Shown: positions 30,442 to 40,019 of the stretch, piece after piece
Numbering within the stretch: the first letter of the stretch is position 1
How the letters are laid out: each line of letters begins with the position of its first letter
NCBI RefSeq assembly: GCF_009914755.1
Contig: NC_060929.1
Reading direction: 5' to 3' (one strand)
DNA length: 64,000 nt
From: the human T2T-CHM13v2.0 reference genome, Homo sapiens
Notes under the pieces: generated by a model
Database searches by the model: none
The model's input: the letters and a program-made list of their open reading frames with translations, nothing else
Told to the model about the DNA's origin: nothing
Translations under genes and position numbers: made by a program

Positions 30442-32288
30442 ATTTCTTGCTTCTTTCTACAGTACAGCCTGTTGTGCAAATATTCAGAGAATAGATTGTG
30501 TTCAAGCATTCTTTATTCCCTATGTGTATCACATTAAACAGGAATATTCACATAAGTAACTCATAAATAAAAATATGTAATTTTAAAACTTTATCCCCCT
30601 AGGACTCTGGGGAGGCAATGTGAAATGAACAATTACATGTTTACTATCTAGAAGGCTGTTCTTCAGTTCCACTTCAATTGATTCTCTCACACCTATGAGG
30701 CAAGTGCTGACTGCAGAGCTAAAAACAGGGCTAGAAACTGCATGTGTGTGATGGTAAGGAGAGGGAGAAGAGCGTGTGCAGTGCGGGGTGGGAAAGAGGA
30801 AAACTGGGGCAACAGCGTCTGCAGGTGAACGTGACAAAGCTGTTCAATATGAAGTTTGTGTTTTATAGTCAGTCTGGCAGTCAGACATGGGTAGCAGATA
30901 GTTTGAGTCTCCTGCCTTTATACGTCTCTTTGCTAGATGCATTTGATGAACTCAGGATAAGTTGTAGGACTTCAGACTTTCAAAATGTTAAGGAACTGGG
31001 TCACATAGTTGGGCAACCCTTTGCCAGAACAATCTGAGGTACATAATAAAATGCCTGCATCCCCCTATTTGAGAATATATATCAAAAAATTACTTAAAAG
31101 ATCATTTCAGCTGGACTAGGTTTCTGGGGACACTATTCTGGTGGGTGAGTAGGTGTTACTCTTCCTCCAAAGATAATCATTTGCATTTGGGACTGGAATG
31201 TCGAAGGATAGATTTGGGTGAGGATCCCTGGTGTCTTCAGAGATCCTTTAGGGTTGGGGGAAGACTTCTGGGAGAAAAACACCCCAGATCTTGGCTTTAC
31301 CTCACTGGGTGTCAAAAATATAAATCACGCCTGATGGGGGGAGGGCGAGTGTACAGTGGCGCTGTAGGTAGAGGCCACTAAGGAGCCCTTCCAAACAGGA
31401 CAAAGCTCACACTCAGAGGGAAGTTTTAGCTTCCAGGATACAGGGAGGGCTGACACCAGAACTTACTCCAAGTTGTGCCATGATGTACTCTGGGCAAACT
31501 AGGTGAATGTGAATTGAAAAAGCTGCACAGTAAAGACTGAAGCAGTTAGGGCCTAAGCACCTCTTGTTTTGAGACTCCACTAAAGGCTAGAACTGTCTCC
31601 AAGTTATGCCCCTCCCCAGGTAAGTTCAGCCCCACTTGTTTCCAAGGCTTCAGCATGTTGCTCTACTTTCCTGACAAAATGGCCCCTGGAAACTCTGACA
31701 GTTGCCATGGTTTAAAGCTCCTGTCACTCACTGCCACCCTTGGCAGGGCAGAGGGAGGGGGATAAGGAAGGGGCTATGGGCAGGGACTGAACCATGGGTT
31801 CCTCTTCTGCTATAGCTTCAGGACTCAGTTCCTATTCTATTGGAACCAGGGAAGCTCTGAATTTTCCAGTGGGGCTGCCTAGAGGCACCAGGTGACATAT
31901 CCTAGAAATGCAGGAGCATGAGTTATAGGACAAATTTTGATGAAGAAAGAAAAAATTGGAAAGAGTTCACAGACAATTTCTTTCTTCCACTCCCACGCCA
32001 TGTTGTTCCAAGACACAGTGATTCTGAATAGCCTCTCTGGAAATATCCCAGAGTACTGAGAAATAAGCTAGGTTTTGAAGCTGTAACCAGTTCGATAACA
32101 TGCCACCCTGTATTTGCTTTCTCCTTACCTTTCCTTAGTTTCCCTTTTGCCTGCATTCCTACTCCCTTGCAATTATAGTTCCTGATGAAGGATGTATAAT
32201 AACTAGGCTTGTTTTCTAGAAAAGTCAGGCTAATACAGAATGTAATAAAAAGTGGACTTCATAAAAGTTTGCAATGGATATTTTACTT

Positions 32289-35110
32289 GGCTGGCAAGAT
32301 GGCCGAATAAGAACAGCTCCAGCATGCAGCTCCCAGCCAGACCAATGCAGAAAGCGGGTGGTTTCTGCACTTCCAACTGAGGTACCCGGTTCATCTCATT
32401 GGGACTGGATAGACAGTGGGTGCAGCCCACAGAAGGTGAGCAGAAGCAGGGTGGGACATTGTCTCACCCGGGAAGTGCAAGGGGTCAGGGAACTCCCTTC
32501 CCTAGCCAAGTGAAGCCTTGAGGGAAGGTGCCATCCGGCCCAGATACTACGCTTTTCCCAGGGTCTTCACAACCCGCAGACTAGGAGATTCCCTCAGGTG
32601 CCTACACCACCAGGGCCCTGGGTTTCAAGCACAAAACTGGGAGGCCGTTTGGACCGTGCTAGCTGCAGGAGTTTTGTTTGACTCCAGTGGTGCCTGGAAT
32701 GCCAGCGAGACAGAACTGTTTACTCCCGTGGAAAGGGGGCTGAAGCCATGGAGCCAAGTGGTCTAGCTCAGTGGATCCCACCCCCATGGAGCCCAGCAAG
32801 CTAAGATGCACTGGCTTGAAATTCTCACTACCAGCATAGCAGTCTGAAGTCAACCTGGGACGCTTGAGCTTGGTGGGCGGAGGGGCGTCTGCCATTACTG
32901 AGGCTTGAGCAGGCGGTTTTCCCCTCATTGTAAACAAAGCCGCTGGGAAGTTCCAACTGGGTGCAAACCCACTGCAGCTCGGCAAAGCCACTGTAGCCAG
33001 ACAGCCTCTCTAGATTCCTCCTTCCTGGGCAGGGCATCTCCAAAAGAAAGGCAGCAGCCCCAGTCAGGGGCTTATAGATAAAACCCCCATCTACCTGGGA
33101 CAGAGCACCTGGGGGAGGGGTGGCTGTGGGTGCAGTTTCAGCTGACTTAAACATTCCTGCCTGCTGGCTCTGAAGAGAGAAGCGGATCTCCCAGCACAGC
33201 ACTTGAGCTCTGCTAAGGGACAGACTGCCTCCTCAAGTGGGTCCCTGACCCCCATGCCTCCTGACTGGGAGACACCTCCCAGCAGCGGTGGACAGACACC
33301 TCATACAGGAGAGCTCCAGCTGGCATCTGGTGGGTACCCTCTGGGACAAAGCTTCCAGAGGAAGGGGCAGGCAGCAATCTTTGCTGTTATGCAGCCTCTG
33401 CTGGTGATACCCAGGCAAACAGCATCTGGAGTGGACCTACAGAAAACTCCAGCAGACCTGCAGAAGAGGGGCCTGACTGTTAGAAGGAAAACTAACAAAC
33501 AAAAAACAATAGCATCAACATCAACAAAAAGGACACCCACATAAAAATCCCATCCGAAGGTCACCAACATCAAAGACCAAAGGTAGATAAATCCACGAAG
33601 ATAAGAAAAAACCAGCGCAAAAAGGCTGAAAGTTCCAAAAACCAGAATGCGTCTTCTCATCCGAAGGATCACAACTCCTCACCAGCAAGGGAACAAAACT
33701 GGATGGAGAATGAGTTTGATGAATTGACAGAAGTAGGCTTCAGAAGGTGGGTAATAACAAACTCCTCTGAGCTAAAGGAGCATGTTCTACCCAATGCAAG
33801 GAAGCTAAGAACCTTGATAAAAGGTTACAGGAACTGCCAACTAGAATAACCAGTTTATAGAAGAACATAAATGACCTGATGGAGCTGAAAAACACAGCAT
33901 GAGAACTTTGTGAAGCATACACAAGTATCAATAGCTGAATCAATCAAGCGGGAGAAAGGATATCAGAGATTGGAGATCAACTTAATGAAATAAAGCATGA
34001 AGACAAGATTAGAGAAAAAAGAATGAAAAGGAACGAACAAAGCCTCCAAGAAATGTAGGACTATGTGAAAAGACCAAACGTATGCTTGATTGGTGTACCT
34101 GAAAGTGATGGGGAGAATGTAACCAAGCTGGAAAACACTCTTCAGGATATTATCCAGGAGAACTTCCCCAACCTAGCAAGGCAGGCCAACATTCAAATTC
34201 AGGAAATACAGAGAACACCTCAAAGATACTCCTCGAGAAGAACAACCCCAAGACACATAATCGTCAGATTCACCAACGTGGAAATGAAGGAAAAAATGTT
34301 AAGGGCAGCCAGAGAGAAAGGTCAGGTTACCCACAAAGGGAAGCCCATCAGACTAACAGCGGATCTCTCTGCAGAAACCCTACAAACCAGAAGAGAGTGG
34401 GGGCCAATATTCAACATTCTTAAAGAAACGAATTTTCAATCCAGAATTTCTTATCTAGCCACACTAAGCTTCATAAGCGAAGGAGAAATAAAATCCTTTA
34501 CAGACAAACAAATGCTGAGGGATTTTGTCACCACCAGCCTGCCTTACAAGAGCTCCTGAAGGAAGCACTAAATATGGAAAGGAAAAATCAGTACCAGCCA
34601 TTGCAAAAACAGACCAAAATGTAAAGACCATTGACACTATGAAGAAACTACATCAACTAATGGGCAAAATAGCCAGCTAGTATCATATGACAGGATCAAA
34701 TTCACACATAATATTAACCTTAAACGTAAATGGGCTAAATGCGCCAATTAAAATACACAGACTGGCAAATTGGATAAAGAATCAAGACCCATTGGTGTGC
34801 TGTATTCAGGAGACCCATCTTGTGTGCAAAGAAACACATAGGCTCAAAATAAAGGGATGGAGAAATATTTACCAAGCAAATGGGAAGCAAAAAGAAGCCG
34901 GGGTTGCAATCCTAGTTTCTAGCAAAACAGACTTTAAACCAACAAAGATCAAAAAAGACAAAGAAGGGCATTACATAATGGTAAAGGGATCAATGCAACA
35001 AGAAGAGCTAACTATCCTAAATATATATGCACCCAATATAGGAGCACCCAGATTCTAAAGCAAGTTCTTAGAGACCTACGAAGAGACTTAAGACTCCCAC
35101 ACAATAATAG
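32289..35110 (+). mobile_element. L1PA7/8-like element retaining the 5' UTR, a broken ORF1 and the ORF2 endonuclease start; 3' part missing
   Basis: Starts GGCTGGCAAGATGGCCGAATA (YY1 site). ORF1 start mutated to ATA at 33601, with stops and frameshifts. ORF2 MTGSNSHI... at 34687. Ends abruptly at ...CACAATAATAG. Confidence 0.93.
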
Positions 35111-35999
35111 CAGACAACTAAAAGGACTTTTCATGGACATAGATGTCTATATTCCAGAGAATGCAGAAATATCTTGGGTGAGGTTCTCATTTGAGGTGTG
35201 AAACTATTCACAGCATCACGCCTTTATAGAAACATGGTAATAAGAAGTAATCAGCCCATCATTGAAAATGAAGAGCATTAGAGTGAGTCGCCTCTGTGTC
35301 CACTGGAGACTTGCTTTTGTGAACACCTAAGAGGTCTGGGTTTTGTTTTCTAAGGAGGGTAGAATGTTTCTTTTACATACGTACCACATTATTTAAATCT
35401 CATTAAGATCCAAGGGAGCAGACATTATTCTCATCCCCATTACAGATTGGGAATGAGAAACTTGTTGAGGTTAAGTACTTTGTCCAAGGTTACATGGATT
35501 TGGGATTTGAGCCATCTTGATGCTCTTTTGCTCAAAATTCTGGCTATATATTTTTAAGGCAATCAGAGGGTGAACTTCATTAGGGATTTGAAACAGTTTT
35601 AGTTGGTTAGTGGTTCTACTTCAGGTAAGGAATCAAGACAAAAGGGAAATGATTCAAAGAATGAGGGAACTGGGACCCTTTTAAGTTGCAGATGAGGTCA
35701 TCTGTGTTTGGATCAGAGACCTATAATTTATGTAGATTCACATACATCTTTTTCAGATATGCATACATTGGGGACTGTAGAGTGTTGTGGAACTAAATGT
35801 ATTTGTATGTGTTCAACACACTGTATAATTGACTCAATTATCCATGTGGAGATTATTCAGATTTAATGTGCAATATGGTTTCTCCTTTCAGTTAGGTTGT
35901 TCTTGGGCTGCTCCAGGAACTCCAACTAATTTAAATAATAATTTAAGTAAAACATAATTAGGAAGGAAAATTAAATTCAATTTTTTGGCAGCTCTTGAA

Positions 36000-36750
36000 T
36001 ATTCTACTGCTGAAACGTAACTAATCCATCCACTATCTTTTAATTCACCAATGCCTTTTTAGTACCACAGGATTTTACTGCTTTCTATAGATTATTGCAG
36101 TAGTTTCCAGGTAGCTCTCCTGCTTACCTCTTTCCATTTCAATCATCATTCTGCTGACAGCAACCTTCAAAAATCCAACTCCCACTGCAAAATTTCTTTG
36201 GTTCAAAACATTTAATGGATAGAAAAAACATTTAATGCTTACCCATTTCTCACCAGATTAAGTGCACATGCCACAACCAGTCATTAAAGGCTTTTTCTAG
36301 TCTAAATTCCTGTTCTTCAAACGTCAAACCGCCCTTCTACTCTACTGACCTGAAACACACAGCCTCACCCTCCACATCTCTGCAGACCCACCGCATTTGC
36401 CACCTGCCCTAGGGAGCTTTTCCTGATCTTACCTCGGATGCCTTTCACTGCTCCCACATCTGAATTCCTTTAACTCACTCCATGTTTTTCTCAAAGGCAG
36501 ACCAAGGTATTTATGCAAACATGGTGTCTCCCTAGTCTTGGGTGAGGTCTTTGACATCACTCACTGCAGCGATTCATCTCCCCTACTCTGCACTGTCAGA
36601 CTCTAAAGAAGGGTGCAACAAATACTTGTCCATTTAGACTGCCGGCAAACCCTGAGAGCAGGAATTTTGGCCTTTTGTATCTCCAGTGCCTAGAACAGTG
36701 CTTGGTACACAGTAGGCACTCATTCATTGAACGTTGCTGAAGGAATTGAA
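36000..36750 (+). mobile_element. L2 LINE 3' fragments
   Basis: Ends TGTATCTCCAGTGCCTAGAACAGTGCTTGGTACACAGTAGGCACTCA...GAA. The upstream boundary is uncertain. Confidence 0.6.
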
Positions 36751-36939
36751 CGTACATACTACAAGCCCTGCAGATGCAGATACAGGAGGGGTTGACGGCA
36801 CAGTGCTTAGGGTGGAACTGGAGGCACCACCTCTCCTGAGGGGTGATGCGCCGCTTCCTGGGCAGGCTCGGGGGAGCTCGCTCAAATGCCTGCCTCTCTG
36901 TAGCCCAAACGCTGGAAAAAAAAATACTCACAAATCACC

Positions 36940-37180
36940 TATCCAAGTATGTACACACAGGCTCACTTAAACCCGCCCTATTAAAAAAATATACACACGC
37001 ACACACCATTTATCCAAGTATGTATACACGGGCTTGCTTAAACCTGCCCTATTAAAAATAATAATGTATATATTTATGCACGAACATACACACATATATC
37101 TATCCAGGTCTGTACATAGACTTGCTTAAACCTGCCCTATTAAATACAGACACACACCCCTATCCAGGTATGTACATACA
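36940..37180. repeat. Degenerate repeat-spacer array: about 45-bp core, 3.5 copies, variable CA/TA-rich spacers
   Basis: Core TATCCARGTMTGTAYAYA..GCTTGCTTAAACCTGCCCTATTAAA starts at 36940, 37011, 37101 and (partial) 37161. Confidence 0.85.
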
Positions 37181-37229
37181 TATATAATATATAAATATAA
37201 AGACATATATATGCACAGACTTAACTCCA

Positions 37230-37890
37230 ACACGACTGGAGTGTCGGGAGGGCAACTGGGCTGCCCTCTCCGCCCTCCAGGACTGCGGGACAAGTCTCCC
37301 GGCGCCCGGGTCGCAGGAGACCCGGAGCCCTAAAACGGCCCCTGCGCGGCTTGGGCCTTCCGGCTTTCCGTCCGCCGCGGCCGCCATTGGCTGGGTTCGG
37401 CGCAGCTAACAGACGGCGGCAGTGCGAGAAAGCCGAAGATGGCGGTCCCCGCGGCGCTGATCCTACGGGAGAGCCCCAGGTAGCTGATCCGTTAAGCTCT
37501 TGCGGTAGCCGCGCCCAGGAAGGCCCAGATCGGGCTCGCACAAGGCTGTCCTTGCTGCCTGCCGCCTGGGCGCCGCGGCGGGCCCGGTTGAGTGGGGTGG
37601 GGTGGGGTGGGCTGCCGAGGTTGCGACGCTGCGTCTGCGGAGTGCGTGGGGCCGTGTAGCGCCTCTACAGTCACGGTGGTCCACCTGTGGGGCTCACAGT
37701 GCGCCTGGCAGCTGAGGTCTGTACGGAAGCGTGTGGTCTGCAAGCGTGGGGTCTGCGTCACTGTTCGCGGAGTTTGGTATCAGAAGTTCCCGGGTGCTGC
37801 CTTCAGTGCTGCCGAATCACGTGGAACGGTATTCCGTTTCCGATTTCAGTTCCGGTTCAGACACTCTGGTGGGAAAGGCTCACGCTGCTG
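37230..37890. promoter_or_regulatory. COMMD10: CpG island promoter of COMMD10
   Basis: High GC and CpG density around exon 1. ETS motif CTTCCGG (37357-37363), CCGCCATTGG (YY1-like/inverted CCAAT, 37381-37390), AAGATGGCGG (YY1 overlapping the start codon) and E-box CACGTG (37818-37823). Confidence 0.9.
37439..37479 (+). CDS. COMMD10: COMMD10 coding exon 1 (MAVPAALILRESP..)
   Basis: Strong Kozak GAAGATGG and donor CAG|GTAGCT. 41 nt, phase 2. Confidence 0.93.
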
Positions 37891-38290
37891 CTGGAGGGTC
37901 TTTAATAGCCAACATGTGTTAATACCCCTTTTAAATCAGTATCGAATAGGGGACCGAATTTTTGGTTGGTAGAAGAATCTAGCCTGGCTTTGGTAGCATT
38001 TGCTTTTATTTGCATTTTAAACAGATTTTTAGTTAATTTCTACTTATGGTAGATAAAGTTGGTTGTCCATGGTAGTGATATAAAGCTCCCCTTTAACATT
38101 ATTTAAGTAAAAAAAGACTCAATTTGTGAAAAAATAAGCAATAGTGCAGGTAGCGTGTGGATACAGAAAAAGTACTGAAGTATATAGGCAAAATAGTGTT
38201 CGGAAGTAATTTCTTTGTGCTTGGATTGGGTAGAAATCTTTCAGAAGAAAAGAGTTATTTTAAAGTTTTTCCTTCTTCCTGGATTCCTTT

Positions 38291-38649
38291 TGTTACCAGT
38301 GGAGGGTGTCCAGGTTCTTGGCGTCTTGAACAAAGAACTGGAGAAGACGCACAAAGAAAGCGAGGAAAGAATGAAGAAGACATTTATTGAAAATGAAACT
38401 ACCCTCCACAGTGTGGGAGCTGCTTGAGCATAGGGGCTGAAGGGCCCCTACAGAATTTTTGGGAATTTAAATACCCTCTAGAGGATTCCATTGGTTACTT
38501 GGTGTACTCCCTATGTAAATGAAGAGGATGAAGTAAAGTTACAAAGTCATTTTCTCCGCCTATGCCATATGGAGAGGACATTTCTTGTCATAGCTGAAGT
38601 GGGAATCAGCTTTATGTTCCCAGCCTCCTGACCCTATTTTCCTGCCTCA
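38291..38649 (-). mobile_element. ERV1 solo LTR (MER61A-like) in COMMD10 intron 1
   Basis: Minus strand TGAGGCAGGAAAATAGGGTC ... CACTGGTAACA, with CCAAT and AATAAA motifs. 4-bp TSD CTTT at 38287-38290 and 38650-38653. Confidence 0.85.
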
Positions 38650-38782
38650 CTTTGGTTCTGATCGCCAGTTTCTTTCCTCATACCAGTGTCTTGGGGAACA
38701 CCGCTACATCAGTAAACTGTATCCAATATGGTGCAGTATAGAATTGTTCTCATCACATCATTTAAAGTTGATTATTACAGGA

Positions 38783-39367
38783 AAGGTGCTGTGGCTCATG
38801 CCTGTAATTCCAGCACTTTGGGAGGCTGAGGCGGGCTAATCTCTCTCTCTTTTTTTTTCCCTGAGAGGGCGTTTCCCTCTTGTTGCGCAGGCTGGAGTGC
38901 AATGGCGCCATCTCGGCTCACTGCAGCCTCCGCCTCCTGTGTTCAAGCGATTCTCCTCCCTGAGCCTCCTGAGTAGCTGGGATTACAGGCACCCGCCACC
39001 ACGCCCAGCTAATTTTTTGTATTTTTAGTAAAGATGGGGTTTCACCATGTTGGCTAGGCTGGTCTGGAACTCCTGGCTTCGGGTGATCTGTCCTCCCTGG
39101 CCTTGCAAAGTGCTGGGATTATAGGGGTGAGCCACTGCAGGACTGATTGAGCTCAGGAGTTCAAGACCAGCCTGGGCAACAGGGCAAAACTCTGTCTCTA
39201 CAAAAAATACAAAAATTAGCCAGCGCTGTGGCCCGCGCATGTAGTTCTAGCTACTTGGGAGGCTGAGGCACGAGGATTCTTAGAACCCAGGAGGCAGAGG
39301 CTGTAGTGAGCTGAGATCGTGCCACTGCACTCCAGCCTGGGTGACAGAGTAAGACCCTATCTCAAAA
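38783..39367. mobile_element. Nested inverted Alus: a sense Alu (about 38783-38838 plus 39144-39367) split by an antisense AluS (about 38841-39140)
   Basis: The sense left arm stops at GAGGCGGGC and resumes at TTGAGCTCAGGAGTTC after a near-complete antisense dimer. Confidence 0.9.
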
Positions 39368-39815
39368 TTGATTACTGTTGTAATAATAAATTTGGTTTTA
39401 CAGTTGAAACAGGGTTTTAAAATAACTGTGTGCTTAGTGACCCCAGATGATTTTGTACATAGTATTTGAAAAGTTATTTGCCTTGCAGTATTCTTTTATG
39501 TTTTTGGTGTAATTGCCATAATTGCTATTCCTCTCCTCCCACCCCTTTCAGAGTTCCATTTTTGGGTTAAGTGTTTATATAAACGCTCTACTAAATTAAG
39601 GCTCTTCCCTGCGCAGTACAAGGCTTCCCTAGTAGTTTGGTTTGCCCAAAAGAAAGAGAAAATTTGCCAAATGGACCTTTTCAGCAGAAGTAATTTTGGG
39701 GGCATCTTTTTGGAAATGTCCCCGTTGCCCTGCCTTTTTTGCTGGCTGTCATCTGTTTTTATTTCACTCAGATTTACCATATAGCATTCAGAGTTGTTGG
39801 AATGAAAACTTATAG

Positions 39816-40019
<204 letters not shown>

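Noticed and set aside
33601-35058. L1 ORF1/ORF2 peptides as functional genes (also at 8247-9688 and 55746-59775)
   Set aside because: Lost start codon, stops, frameshifts, deletions and an Alu insertion show they are fossils.
32245-35136. Similarity between AAAAGTGGACTTCAT and AAAAGGACTTTTCAT as a TSD for the 3'-truncated L1
   Set aside because: The match needs gaps and neither copy abuts the element ends.
36940-37180. CRISPR-like appearance of the repeat-spacer array
   Set aside because: Eukaryotic context with no cas genes. The repeats are degenerate and the spacers are low-complexity and unequal in length.
37221-37972. Many overlapping ORFs in the CpG island
   Set aside because: Expected where stop codons are rare in GC-rich DNA. 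Only the 41-nt COMMD10 exon has splice support.
38291-38649. p53 response element, known in some MER61 subfamilies
   Set aside because: I could not find a paired RRRCWWGYYY site in this copy.
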